Position numbers and translations under genes: made by a program. The notes under the pieces are model-generated. The model saw only the letters and a list, made by a program, of their open reading frames with translations. It did not search any database and was not told the origin of the DNA. This document shows, piece by piece, positions 25,758 to 35,538 of a stretch of 64,000 nucleotides of DNA (position 1 is the stretch's first letter; each line of letters opens with the position of its first letter). The stretch spans positions 124,001 to 188,000 of the IMG/VR virus record IMGVR_UViG_3300031951_000003; one strand, 5' to 3'.

Positions 25758-26609
25758 TTAATTATTTTGTAGAAATTCGTCAGGAGTTAAGCCGAAGACT
25801 GATTCGGATTCTTTAGCAAAATCATTTGTTGTTTTAGTAGTTGTTCCACCTTTCAAATAATTTTCATATTCTTTTCTGACATCTTGATTATTCCATTGTT
25901 TTTGTGTTCTCGGTCCAAACCTTCCATATCCACCTCCGTTCTGACCTTGGTTTAAAATTCCATCTTTATAACCTGTTGCCCATCCTGCCTTATTTTTATC
26001 GAGCCAATCTTGAAACTTTTTCACGTCAAGTCCAGCTGGGGCTGAAGGATTTGTAACAGTAGTTTGTTTCTTTTTTGCTACACCAGTTTCTATTGCTTTT
26101 TTAGTAGCATCTAGTCCCGCAGTAATCCCTTTGGCCACGTCACCAACAGCAGTGTTGGCTGTAGATGTTGTTGTTGGGATATTTGTAATTTTAAAAGTAT
26201 TTTCTTTAAACTTACCGAGGCTGTTGAACTCCGCAGTTGCGTCAACACCTATAGATTTTAGATGATTGATTATTTGATTCACTGAATCAGTATTGTCACT
26301 TCCGAAGTCATTATTGACCCATTCATCAATAGCCAAATTACTATTAAAATAAGCAACTTGAGAATTTACTCTCTGAAATTGGGCCGGCGTTTTAATTTTT
26401 TTTAGACCTGACAAAAACATATTTTCATTAGTTCCAGCACCACCAACTCCATTCCAAATTTCACTCGCAATTTTGTAATCTGGGTCTGTCCTTGGTAATG
26501 ACGCTTCGGTCATTTCAAGGTTTTCATTGAGAGTTTTTTTGGAATCGTATTTCATCCTCAATAAAATTGCATCTAGTGATTCTTGTGGATTTAGTTTTTT
26601 CCTATACAT
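25758..26609 (-). CDS. Hypothetical protein with C-terminal peptidoglycan-binding-like motif
   Basis: MKYDSKKTLNEN N-terminus; VKKFQDWL...G.FGPRT. Confidence 0.6.
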   Translation of the reverse strand: MYRKKLNPQESLDAILLRMKYDSKKTLNENLEMTEASLPRTDPDYKIASEIWNGVGGAGTNENMFLSGLKKIKTPAQFQRVNSQVAYFNSNLAIDEWVNNDFGSDNTDSVNQIINHLKSIGVDATAEFNSLGKFKENTFKITNIPTTTSTANTAVGDVAKGITAGLDATKKAIETGVAKKKQTTVTNPSAPAGLDVKKFQDWLDKNKAGWATGYKDGILNQGQNGGGYGRFGPRTQKQWNNQDVRKEYENYLKGGTTTKTTNDFAKESESVFGLTPDEFLQNN

Positions 26610-26647
26610 AAGATTTTTCTTTATAAATATTACGATATTCCCTATTT

Positions 26648-26953
26648 TTATACAAAATCAGTTCCGCCAGTTTTTCCCATAACTCTATCCGACTTCCAAA
26701 CGTATTTTGGGTCATTCATGTAAGTTTTTCCAAACTTTCTCCCTGATTCCCATTTGGTAATTGCAGTTTGATTTGACTTTCCACGAGCGAGACCAGTTTC
26801 CCATTTTTTTATCGCCTTACCTGTTGATGCACCTCCGGCTGAACCAGACTCACCTGAAGGTGGAGGAGTATCCTGTTCATCAAGTTCCTTTCCTTTTCCT
26901 TTAGAGGAATGTTTCTCAAAAAAATTAATTAAAAAATCTACGTCTAATATCAT
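26648..26953 (-). CDS. Hypothetical protein with KWE(T/S)G repeats
   Basis: KWETGLARGK, KWESGRKFGK, VWKSDRVMGK. Confidence 0.65.
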   Translation of the reverse strand: MILDVDFLINFFEKHSSKGKGKELDEQDTPPPSGESGSAGGASTGKAIKKWETGLARGKSNQTAITKWESGRKFGKTYMNDPKYVWKSDRVMGKTGGTDFV

Positions 26954-27001
26954 TCAAATAAATATTTTTGTATTCGATAAAAAAACTCTACTTTTGCAAA
27001 C

Positions 27002-27532
27002 ATGAAAAAATATATTCTGATTCTCTCGCTTTTCTTAATTTCTTGTGAAAGATATGTGACTGAGGTCTCTGACCTTACAATGAGTGGAAAGTATGTTGTC
27101 TCTAAATTACAGGTTATTCAAATAGTTAATCCTGTTAGTAAAGATTCTACATACCTATCAAATCAAATTTTTATCGAAAAAAGTCTCCCCGACCCATTTG
27201 ACACAATCAAAATAAACGATTTTTATATCCATTTTACTTATTCAAATGTTATGATTGGGTGGGAACGATATTATGAACGTTGGGAATACGGAAATCCTCA
27301 GACTGAGCCAATTTTTTATAATAGAATACCTTGGACATTCGATGCTTATGCTCTCGGCAAGATACAATTCAATTATATTCCTAAAAATAAAGGGGTAGTC
27401 TTTCCAGTAATATTACAGGTTGATAGTGATAGATTCGAAACACTTCAACTTTCAGGTTTGGAATACACTCCCCTTGGAGCTAATGGTCCAAGATATCGAT
27501 TAATATTTTCTCTCACAAGAGTTGGACCCTAA
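27002..27532 (+). CDS. Lipoprotein
   Basis: MKKYILILSLFLISC lipobox; TACTTTTG upstream. Confidence 0.75.
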   Translation: MKKYILILSLFLISCERYVTEVSDLTMSGKYVVSKLQVIQIVNPVSKDSTYLSNQIFIEKSLPDPFDTIKINDFYIHFTYSNVMIGWERYYERWEYGNPQTEPIFYNRIPWTFDAYALGKIQFNYIPKNKGVVFPVILQVDSDRFETLQLSGLEYTPLGANGPRYRLIFSLTRVGP

Positions 27533-27831
27533 TACGATTGTGATTTCGGAAGAAATTTAGGGTTAATTGTGTAATATTCATTCAAAAATATTATTAACTC
27601 TTCTTCGTCCAACTCAATTTTTTCTTCACCTGCCACAACGTCATCTTCGAATTCATCTTCAAAAAAATTAAATGATTCTGTAATCAAATCAAATCCATAT
27701 TCTTCTATAATTCTATAGTCAATATTATCCGTTCTTATTTCCTCATCACTGTCACTTATTGTTCTAAATACAACTTCTACGATGTTACTCTCGTTGTTAA
27801 AGAAATAAGAAATAATTTCTTTTACTTCCAT
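27529..27831 (-). CDS. Hypothetical acidic protein
   Basis: 100-aa ORF. Confidence 0.65.
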   Translation of the reverse strand: MEVKEIISYFFNNESNIVEVVFRTISDSDEEIRTDNIDYRIIEEYGFDLITESFNFFEDEFEDDVVAGEEKIELDEEELIIFLNEYYTINPKFLPKSQSY

Positions 27832-27945
27832 AATTTGTTTTTATAAGAAATATTATAAAATCACATAAAAGTCATTCCTTGAAATTTTATTTTACCATTT
27901 TTTTTAACTGTATTTATTGTTATAATTTATTATAAAAACTTTAAG

Positions 27946-28542
27946 ATGAGATTTAATTCACTTACAATAGATGATTTTTACGCTAACCCAATGGATGTAA
28001 GAAATTTTGCTTTGAGTCAAGAATTCAAAGTGAGAGGAAATTATCCAGGACAAAGAACAAGGTCCTTTCTGAATGAACCGTTAAAAAAGAAACTCAGGGA
28101 CATTTTATACCCATTCGCGGGTGAAATTACTTATTGGGGAAGTGATGACCCTGAAAATAACTACACGGGTTCTTTTCAATACACATTAGCATCCGATAGG
28201 TCTTGGATTCATGCAGACTCTACAACCGATTGGGCGGCAGTTTGTTATTTAACTCCTAATGCACCATTGAGTTCTGGAACAGGCATTTTCAGACACAAAT
28301 CGACAGGGTGGATGCGTTATGATTACAAAAGAGAAAATGAGGTAGGATATAAAGAATCTGCTCCTCCCGGTTACGACATGCAAGATTACACTAAATGGGA
28401 AATTGTTGATAGAATTGGAAATGTTTTCAACAGATTAATAATGTATCGTGCCGACAACTATCATGTTTCTTTAGATTATTTTGGTAAAGACATGAATGAT
28501 GGAAGATTGTTTCAAGTTTTTTTCTTCAATACTGAACGTTAA
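27946..28542 (+). CDS. 2OG-Fe(II) oxygenase-like (DUF6445-type)
   Basis: IDDFY.NP, NYPG.RT, WIHAD, CYLTP, FNRLIMY...H, RLFQVFF. Confidence 0.8.
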   Translation: MRFNSLTIDDFYANPMDVRNFALSQEFKVRGNYPGQRTRSFLNEPLKKKLRDILYPFAGEITYWGSDDPENNYTGSFQYTLASDRSWIHADSTTDWAAVCYLTPNAPLSSGTGIFRHKSTGWMRYDYKRENEVGYKESAPPGYDMQDYTKWEIVDRIGNVFNRLIMYRADNYHVSLDYFGKDMNDGRLFQVFFFNTER

Positions 28543-28949
28543 TCTAACTCAAATTTTAACAATAACTCGGGATTTAGTTTTGCTATAACCTCCATTATCC
28601 CCTCAGAACAATAACATAAATGTGAGGTGCTCCAAACGAACCTTCCATAATTAAATCCTAAAACAGATGCACCAATATCCTTTCCCTCCGATATTGGTTT
28701 CAAGAAAAAATCATCCAAATTTACTAAAAAATCTAATGCATCACTGATTCTTGTTTCGTAAACGGGAATTTGGACTTGCTGAATTATTTCTTTGAAAGTG
28801 TGATAATCAGTTTTTTCACATGGCGGTTCCGAAATTGGTTGAATGTCTAAAAGTTCATTCCTTGTATTAGGGGTAAGATGCCATAACCAATATTGGTTAG
28901 ATACACTTATTTTCCTGAAGTCTTTAACTTCAATTTTATTATTAATCAT
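28539..28949 (-). CDS. Hypothetical protein
   Basis: 136-aa ORF coupled to the oxygenase. Confidence 0.6.
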   Translation of the reverse strand: MINNKIEVKDFRKISVSNQYWLWHLTPNTRNELLDIQPISEPPCEKTDYHTFKEIIQQVQIPVYETRISDALDFLVNLDDFFLKPISEGKDIGASVLGFNYGRFVWSTSHLCYCSEGIMEVIAKLNPELLLKFELD

Positions 28950-29551
28950 TATCTCAAATTAGCTCCACACAGCCAAGTTACAAGTGACCTTCTCAAACCA
29001 GAAGAAAGAGGTGTTACTCTGTGTAAAACAAATGAAGGGAAAAAACATATTAACCCCTTTTCTCTTGGAACTGAAAGAATGCTACCACCCAAATTCATTT
29101 GTAAATCGCCTCCTTCATACTCAGTGGGTTCTGATAGTTGTAAAACAACAGACAACTTTCTGTTGGAGATGCCAACACCCAAATCAGCATGCCAATCATA
29201 ATGACCACCATTACCATAATATGTTGTATATTGTAAATCATCCTGAAAATCCCAAATGTCAAAATTCCACATTTCAGCATTTGCCTTAATTGCTAAATCT
29301 GAAATTCTATCAAATATCCATTGAGATTCTGTGTTTTTTCCCATCCAAGAAATATCACTTACTCTATAGTCAGATGTGCTTTCAGAGTTTCCGTCATCAC
29401 CAACGACAGTCCCCTTGATTTTGTTAAGAGAGTCACCGTATTTGATTATAGAATCAAGTTCCTCAGAACTGAAAGCGTTTGTGAAATAATAATAATTGAA
29501 GTGATTTACATTGTTTCTTTGGTTAGACACAAATTTATTTTCGTTGGCCAT
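28949..29551 (-). CDS. PKHD-type 2OG-Fe(II) hydroxylase
   Basis: YDWHAD, RKLS.V.QLS...YEGGDL, FPSFVLHRVTP...G.R.SLV.W. Confidence 0.88.
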   Translation of the reverse strand: MANENKFVSNQRNNVNHFNYYYFTNAFSSEELDSIIKYGDSLNKIKGTVVGDDGNSESTSDYRVSDISWMGKNTESQWIFDRISDLAIKANAEMWNFDIWDFQDDLQYTTYYGNGGHYDWHADLGVGISNRKLSVVLQLSEPTEYEGGDLQMNLGGSILSVPREKGLICFFPSFVLHRVTPLSSGLRRSLVTWLCGANLR

Positions 29552-29597
29552 GTTTTTTTCTTTAATTTTAGGTTTAATCCGATACTATTTCAATAGT

Positions 29598-30518
29598 ATG
29601 TTTCAAAAAAAAATAATTTTTGATGTAGTAATCCTGAAAGAAAATTCGAGCCTAATAGATATACGGATACAAGAAAATAAAGATTACATCGACCATTTTA
29701 TTATCATCGGTAAAGAAAATTTAATTGATGAAATACAAGATTTGATTAAGACGTATCCCAATATAATTTTTAAAACTACAAATGAGTTTGATAATTTAAA
29801 ATTATCTAAATTAATAAAAGAAACTATAAAACCGTTGTTCAAAAATTTTGAGGATTTGATACTAATTTCCGATGAATTTTCAATCCCCTATATCAAAAAT
29901 TTTAAAGACGAAGACCTTGATTTTTATGCATATAAATTCAATTCTCATAAAGTAATCGATTCGACTTTTGAAAAAAGACGTAAATTTTTGGAGTTGGGCA
30001 CTGCAATTATGGATTACAGTTTCATAGTATACCAAAAAGATTTTCTCACAATTTTGGAAAAAAATAAAAACAAAGTTTTTGATTTTCTACAAACAGAACC
30101 GAAGGGAATAAAAATTGAAAAAACTTCCTCAACCTATCTTTGTCCGATTTCGAATATTGATGTCTTATGGATTCATGAAAAAAATAGTGAAACAGACTCA
30201 AAAAAAATTCTAATCAATTTTGATGATAATTTCGAATATGAATTTGATTCATACGATAAAATAATTGAAATAGAACCTGTCCATACGTTTCCTGAATCGA
30301 CCTACTATGACCCACAACATAAAGTTAATCGTTTGAAGATATTTGTTCCAAATAACGAGATGTATGAATCACCAAATTTTTTGAAAAGTTATTTGAAAAA
30401 TGAAATTTTGAGAATTTTAAATTTTCTACCAACACAGGATAATGATGAAATATTTTTAAAATATGAAGACGAAAAAATGACCATTCATATTTCAATGGAA
30501 TTAAAAAACCCCTCATGA
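29598..30518 (+). CDS. Hypothetical protein, N-terminus weakly like glycosyltransferase family 17
   Basis: IDIRIQE..DYIDHFIII and DLILISDE..IP. Confidence 0.45.
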   Translation: MFQKKIIFDVVILKENSSLIDIRIQENKDYIDHFIIIGKENLIDEIQDLIKTYPNIIFKTTNEFDNLKLSKLIKETIKPLFKNFEDLILISDEFSIPYIKNFKDEDLDFYAYKFNSHKVIDSTFEKRRKFLELGTAIMDYSFIVYQKDFLTILEKNKNKVFDFLQTEPKGIKIEKTSSTYLCPISNIDVLWIHEKNSETDSKKILINFDDNFEYEFDSYDKIIEIEPVHTFPESTYYDPQHKVNRLKIFVPNNEMYESPNFLKSYLKNEILRILNFLPTQDNDEIFLKYEDEKMTIHISMELKNPS

Positions 30519-30528
30519 GAGGGGTTTT
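30503..30528. terminator. Bidirectional terminator
   Basis: AAAACCCCTC-atga-GAGGGGTTTT. Confidence 0.7.
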
Positions 30529-30531
30529 AAA

Positions 30532-31764
30532 TTATTTGATAACTTTCATTCTTAACATCATTTCCATTATTCTATTTTTCTTATTGATGAAATTCTCTCT
30601 GAGGTCCTCATCAATTTCATCCCAATTTCCTGTATGAGCTTTGATTTCTTCCCATGATTTATCTTCAGGATTAAATTTTGTCAAATCTAAATCAAGTTCA
30701 TCTTTAGCCAAATCTTTTTTCCAATATACATCATCTTCTGCAGTATCATCACTATTTGTTTCACCGTAACTTGACGTTTGGTATGGTCCTGCACTTCCTG
30801 GCCCTTCACTATCGAAATCATATGCTGGTTCCATATCACCATATATTCCTTGAACTCCTGAGATATCATTTGCTTCTTCGAGCTCATCGTCTTCAAAAGC
30901 AGATTCCATAAATTCAAAGTCATCTTCTTCATCCAATTCACTTTCAGTTGGATAAACTGAATCAGGTCCGTTGCTTTGGAATTCGTATGCCTTTCCTTCC
31001 TCACTTTTATCCAAATCCATATCATCCGCTTCTATATCGAATGGACCATCTCCAATTTTAGGTCCCTCTGATTCAAAATCATATGCTGGGTCAATATTAC
31101 TTATATCCATGTCGGGTGCATTTCCACCACCTGTATATCCTTGTTCATACATCTCACCACCATCCGCTTGCAAATCTTCAAAACCATCATCTTCATTATC
31201 AGGGTCCTCGTAATCATCTTCTACTTGTTCATTTTTGATTCCCTTCATATGATGCATTTTTTCAAATGTTCCGTATTTGTTTCCACCACCTTCAACATAA
31301 TCAAATTCATCATCACCCAAATCTTCTACGTTGTAGATATCATCTAAGTGTCCAACTTCTTCGATTTCTTCCATTTTGTATCCACACTCCATACATTCTC
31401 CTTCCGTCATGGCACCTCCACATTCTGAACACATTAATTCTTTAGACTCTTCCATTGCACCCACTTCACCTTTCCAACCACACTCCATACATTCTCCTTC
31501 CATCATCATTGAACCACATTTATCGCAAACTTCTTTTTGTTCCTTTTGTTCGTTGATTCCAACGTTTGTATATGGTTTTACGACTCCTTTGTTATTAAGA
31601 ACCGCACCTTCTTTATCTTTAGCAAAATCCTGAACATAAAGTGGTTGTTCGTTATTAACATGTGGTTGCATAGTTCTATAACCATCATATAAAGTTCTGT
31701 GTTGTTTTAGAATGTCTTCTTTCTCGTTTGGAGACAATCTATTTGCGGCAAAAAATGCGTTCAT
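30532..31764 (-). CDS. Highly acidic protein with two Zn-ribbon repeats and AY(D/E)FxSxGP repeats (scaffold/core-like)
   Basis: CxxCG..M.EGECMECG twice; PAYDFESEGP, AYEFQSNGP, PAYDFDSEGP; many L/I-x-E sites. Confidence 0.7.
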   Translation of the reverse strand: MNAFFAANRLSPNEKEDILKQHRTLYDGYRTMQPHVNNEQPLYVQDFAKDKEGAVLNNKGVVKPYTNVGINEQKEQKEVCDKCGSMMMEGECMECGWKGEVGAMEESKELMCSECGGAMTEGECMECGYKMEEIEEVGHLDDIYNVEDLGDDEFDYVEGGGNKYGTFEKMHHMKGIKNEQVEDDYEDPDNEDDGFEDLQADGGEMYEQGYTGGGNAPDMDISNIDPAYDFESEGPKIGDGPFDIEADDMDLDKSEEGKAYEFQSNGPDSVYPTESELDEEDDFEFMESAFEDDELEEANDISGVQGIYGDMEPAYDFDSEGPGSAGPYQTSSYGETNSDDTAEDDVYWKKDLAKDELDLDLTKFNPEDKSWEEIKAHTGNWDEIDEDLRENFINKKNRIMEMMLRMKVIK

Positions 31765-31845
31765 AAAAAGATATTTTCAATAAATACCACAGAATTTTTA
31801 AATTTTAGATTTTACTTGATAAACTCCTTCTATTAATATTGTTTG

Positions 31846-31919
31846 ACAGGTTGGTCTACAAAATGATAGTATCTTGGTAATTTACTTATCGCCCTTTAGA
31901 TTGACCTGTTTTTTTTTTT
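31846..31919 (+). other. Long hairpin with T tail (small RNA or terminator)
   Basis: ACAGGTTGGTCTA/TAGATTGACCTGT closing a 38-nt inner region, then a long T run. Confidence 0.45.
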
Positions 31920-31956
31920 GGAAAATACTTTCAATTTCTATATATTTGTATTCAGA

Positions 31957-32145
31957 ATGAAAAATTGGTTCATTACACATAATAGGTTTATAAAAACAAA
32001 AAATAGCTTACATCTATTACCCGAACTATGTTTTTGGTATGATAGAAACTATTTTTTAGAAACCGGTGTTGGTTCTCCCGCTTTTGGGTTTCAAATTGGT
32101 TGGATAAAATGGAAATGGTATTTCGGATTACAAAAAGGTTATTAA
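31957..32145 (+). CDS. Hypothetical protein
   Basis: MKNWFITH start after TATATTTG. Confidence 0.55.
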   Translation: MKNWFITHNRFIKTKNSLHLLPELCFWYDRNYFLETGVGSPAFGFQIGWIKWKWYFGLQKGY

Positions 32146-32146
32146 A

Positions 32147-32380
32147 ATGATAAATCCATTCTGTTTTATAGGTGCTCATAATTGGGAGTATAGAAAAGAA
32201 AAACATAAAGTTGAAGGTCATCCTCAAAATCGTGAATACATCCGCGTAGTTGTTAGAGAATGTGTTTGGTGTGGACACAGAGAACACCACCCTCTCCCAA
32301 GAGTTGAACGTAAATTCACTAACTGGAAACCCTTTGACGATATTCAGAAAGATGATACAATAAATTTTGAAAGATTATAA
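32147..32380 (+). CDS. Small Zn-binding phage protein
   Basis: FCFIGAHNW...RECVWCG. Confidence 0.6.
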   Translation: MINPFCFIGAHNWEYRKEKHKVEGHPQNREYIRVVVRECVWCGHREHHPLPRVERKFTNWKPFDDIQKDDTINFERL

Positions 32381-32393
32381 AAAACAAAAAAAA

Positions 32394-32606
32394 ATGCAAA
32401 CATTAGTTTTCAACACAACAACAAAAACTGTAAAATTACTCGATTCCAAAACAGCAACTGGTTCCCTCCTTTTAGAATATTCAAATATTCCAACAGTAAA
32501 AGTTTTGGAGGGTTATTATGAGGTTATCCAAAGTGACGAATTTGAAAAAAAATACCCCGTTCTCAGAGTTCCAATTGCGAATACTAATATGATTATAAGC
32601 AAATGA
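32394..32606 (+). CDS. Hypothetical protein
   Basis: MQTLVFNT... in operon. Confidence 0.6.
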   Translation: MQTLVFNTTTKTVKLLDSKTATGSLLLEYSNIPTVKVLEGYYEVIQSDEFEKKYPVLRVPIANTNMIISK

Positions 32607-32806
32607 TAAAAGACTCCCGATTTACAGAGATTTTTGAGAATACAATTCCTCATGGTTCCTTCTTAAGTGAAAGTGCGATAAAGAGCTGCATGTATCAATC
32701 ATATAAATTGGGAAATGAAGATGTTATAAAATGGTTATTAGAAAATAAACACCTTTCTGACAACATTCAATATATTGTTGACGAATGGAATAATCAAAAC
32801 CGATAG
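32603..32806 (+). CDS. Hypothetical protein
   Basis: ATGA overlap with upstream gene. Confidence 0.6.
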   Translation: MIKDSRFTEIFENTIPHGSFLSESAIKSCMYQSYKLGNEDVIKWLLENKHLSDNIQYIVDEWNNQNR

Positions 32807-32808
32807 AA

Positions 32809-32967
32809 ATGACTAGCGAAGACATTGTTCAAGAAATATTATTCGAAGCACACTCGTTCGGTCTTATGGATGAAGTTCGTGAGACCGCAAGACTAATCAT
32901 ATTGGAAGACCCCAAAATTGATAGGGTTGTCGCATATCAAATGGCATTTGAAGAATGGGTAAAATAA
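32809..32967 (+). CDS. Hypothetical 52-aa protein (not in ORF track)
   Basis: MTSEDIVQEILFEAHSFGLMDEVRETARLIILEDPKIDRVVAYQMAFEEWVK fills the operon gap. Confidence 0.6.
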   Translation: MTSEDIVQEILFEAHSFGLMDEVRETARLIILEDPKIDRVVAYQMAFEEWVK

Positions 32968-33176
32968 AAGAACTTGATTTACATGGTCTCACAAATCTTG
33001 AGGCTCGAGACAAAGTTGAAAATTTTGTTTTACTTTATTCTACTGAATTACCAATTAGAATTATTACAGGAGGTTCGGAAAGAATGAGAAACATGACCGT
33101 AAACATTCTCCAAAAACATAAATTTACTTATGACATACCCGCACATAACACAGGTGAAATAATCGTTTTATCATGA
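32955..33176 (+). CDS. Stand-alone Smr (small MutS-related) domain protein
   Basis: ELDLHG...EA...IRIITG...N.G. Confidence 0.8.
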   Translation: MGKIKELDLHGLTNLEARDKVENFVLLYSTELPIRIITGGSERMRNMTVNILQKHKFTYDIPAHNTGEIIVLS

Positions 33177-34267
33177 ACAATTTGGACAAACAATATCAAC
33201 AACTTTTACAAGACATAATTGATTATGGCGTAGAAAAAACTGATAGGACCGGCACAGGTACCAAATCAATCTTTGGTTATACCATTCGACATAACATGAA
33301 GGATGGTTTTCCACTCCTGACCACAAAAAAAATGGCTTGGAAAACAATGGTTACGGAGTTACTATGGTTTTTAAGGGGAGACACCAATATCAAATTTCTT
33401 GTAGATAACAATTGTCATATTTGGGATGGAGATGCATATAAAAACTATTTGAAGGTCACCAAACGTGAATTCGAATTGAATTCGTCGATGTCGAGTCATC
33501 CTCATTTCAATTTGAAAACCAAAGAGGATTTCATTGATAAAATTAAAACCGATAAGAAGTTTGCAAAAGAATATGGTGAACTAGGACCAATCTACGGTAA
33601 GCAATGGAGACAATGGCAAGGATGGATGACTTATGATGAGAATAAAAAGGGCTCGTTGTGGTTTGACCAAATTTCAAGAGCAATTCAACTTTTGAAAACC
33701 GACCCCGACAGTAGGAGAATAATGGTTTCTGCGTGGAACGTGGCAGAAATTGATGAAATGGTTCTACCCCCATGTCATTATGGATTTCAAGTTTATACGA
33801 GAGAGTTGAGTCATCAAGAAAGAAGTGATTTAAAAAATTCTCCACCTTTTAATTATGGCAAACCAGCAAATGGTAAATTAATTGATAAGAGATTATTAGA
33901 TAGTTGTAATGTACCAACCCGAGCAATCTCTTTAATGTGGAATCAACGCTCAGTTGATACTTTCTTAGGCTTGCCCTTCAATATTGCATCTTACGGTTTA
34001 CTACTGACTTTGTTCGGCAAACTTTTAAACATGGTCCCAGAACAGTTAATTGGAAATTTGGGTGATACACATCTTTATATGAATCATTTAGACCAAGCAA
34101 TAGAGCAAAAGTCGAGACAATCCTACGAGCTTCCTTGGGTTAATTTAAATTTCGAGTTCCAATATAGAGATGGTTATTTAGTGGACTGGAACAAAATACG
34201 TGTAACTGATATCGAATTGATGAATTACCTTTCAGCTCCACCAATCAAAGCCCCTCTGAGTAATTAA
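33173..34267 (+). CDS. thyA: Thymidylate synthase
   Basis: DRTGTGT, ELLWFLRG, LGPIYGKQWR, SRRIMVSAWN, LPPCH, QRSVD.FLGLPFNIASY. Confidence 0.97.
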   Translation: MNNLDKQYQQLLQDIIDYGVEKTDRTGTGTKSIFGYTIRHNMKDGFPLLTTKKMAWKTMVTELLWFLRGDTNIKFLVDNNCHIWDGDAYKNYLKVTKREFELNSSMSSHPHFNLKTKEDFIDKIKTDKKFAKEYGELGPIYGKQWRQWQGWMTYDENKKGSLWFDQISRAIQLLKTDPDSRRIMVSAWNVAEIDEMVLPPCHYGFQVYTRELSHQERSDLKNSPPFNYGKPANGKLIDKRLLDSCNVPTRAISLMWNQRSVDTFLGLPFNIASYGLLLTLFGKLLNMVPEQLIGNLGDTHLYMNHLDQAIEQKSRQSYELPWVNLNFEFQYRDGYLVDWNKIRVTDIELMNYLSAPPIKAPLSN

Positions 34268-34881
34268 TTGTTTCTAAGACCCGATAATACAATGTAAAGT
34301 TCCAAAATATCTTTTGAGAATTTTCTTGCATAAAAATTTACTTGGTCCATGTTTTCCAAATCTTTGTTGTGCTTTACCATGTAATTTACAACTCCCTGAA
34401 TAATCTTATCTTTCGCAATGTCGGCTTCTTTCAAAAATTCTTGAAAATCTTCGTCATCCTCTCTACCTTCACCATAGTATCTGTCGATATGTTCACTTCC
34501 CGAATATAACAATGGAAATGAGCCCATCATGTTTACAATTCCTGTATCTCTCAACTTATACAAAAATTTTTCTAACCATCTCCAATCGAAATTTTCAAAA
34601 ATATCTTCTTTTTTTGTAATTGTGTTCCAAACTGTGTCACCCTTTTGCTCTTGAATATTTTTTGCTTCGACTATTCTCCAAGCATCGGAGGAAGTCACTA
34701 AAGATAATGAACTCCCGTTATCCCAATTAACTTCAATTAAAAAATCGTTTTCTTCAAACGGGTCTCTAACCACTTTTTTAACTATTCCGACGGTTCCAGG
34801 TGGAACTCCCGTTTCCCCTTCCATGTGAAGACACATAACCTTATCTCCTAAACCAGGAATGACGTTTATTTTTTTGTCCAT
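34264..34881 (-). CDS. DUF4314-like N-domain fusion protein
   Basis: GDKV....M......PGT.G.V...V.WDNGSSLSL...D.W; RDTGIVNM second domain. Confidence 0.6.
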   Translation of the reverse strand: MDKKINVIPGLGDKVMCLHMEGETGVPPGTVGIVKKVVRDPFEENDFLIEVNWDNGSSLSLVTSSDAWRIVEAKNIQEQKGDTVWNTITKKEDIFENFDWRWLEKFLYKLRDTGIVNMMGSFPLLYSGSEHIDRYYGEGREDDEDFQEFLKEADIAKDKIIQGVVNYMVKHNKDLENMDQVNFYARKFSKDILELYIVLSGLRNN

Positions 34882-34914
34882 AACAATAAATATAACACGA
34901 GTATTTATAATTGT

Positions 34915-35538
34915 ATGGAGTTTATTTTAACAGAATCACAATTGTTGAGAATTATCAAAGAGAATAAATCCGAAGGTGATTTAACCAATTCACTTAAGAG
35001 GATGTCTTCCTTTATGAACAATTTCGTTAATAGAATTGGAAAAAGTTATGGTTTGAATTTGAGAATGTTCCTTACGTGGGGAACTTCAATTGCGGGTTTA
35101 GTTATGCCCTTGGATGAATTTTTGAAAACAGGTAACTTTGGATTGACAGAAAGTCAGAGATATTTGGTTTTAGCTGGTGTGGCATTTCTTATATTTTTTG
35201 AAGGAAAAAGAGGAATGATTAAACTTTTAAATAAAATCAAAGAGCAGGGGTTGGAGGAAGTTTTTGATACCACTCTAATGAAAGGTTATGAACTTAAAGA
35301 TTCATTCGTTGGATTCCTACGTTCTTTTAGAATTATATCGAGTCAGGTATTAGAAATCATTTCATATGCCTTTCTTATTCCAATAATTGTGGATATTCAA
35401 AATTATTCTACTGACTCTGTAAATTTATCTGAAACAGCATTAATGATTGCTGAAAGACTTGTTGCCTCAGGTGCAATTCTACTTTCCAAAGAATTTTTAT
35501 TCGAACTTATTCGAAAATTAATTAAGAAATTTCAATAA
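34915..35538 (+). CDS. Hypothetical membrane-associated (putative virion) protein
   Basis: MEFILTESQLLRIIKE N-terminus; TATTTATA upstream. Confidence 0.65.
   Translation: MEFILTESQLLRIIKENKSEGDLTNSLKRMSSFMNNFVNRIGKSYGLNLRMFLTWGTSIAGLVMPLDEFLKTGNFGLTESQRYLVLAGVAFLIFFEGKRGMIKLLNKIKEQGLEEVFDTTLMKGYELKDSFVGFLRSFRIISSQVLEIISYAFLIPIIVDIQNYSTDSVNLSETALMIAERLVASGAILLSKEFLFELIRKLIKKFQ

Noticed and set aside
33173-34267. thyA as a dCMP hydroxymethylase feeding the carbamoyltransferases
   Set aside because: It retains PFNIASY (Asn specifying dUMP), so it is a canonical thymidylate synthase.
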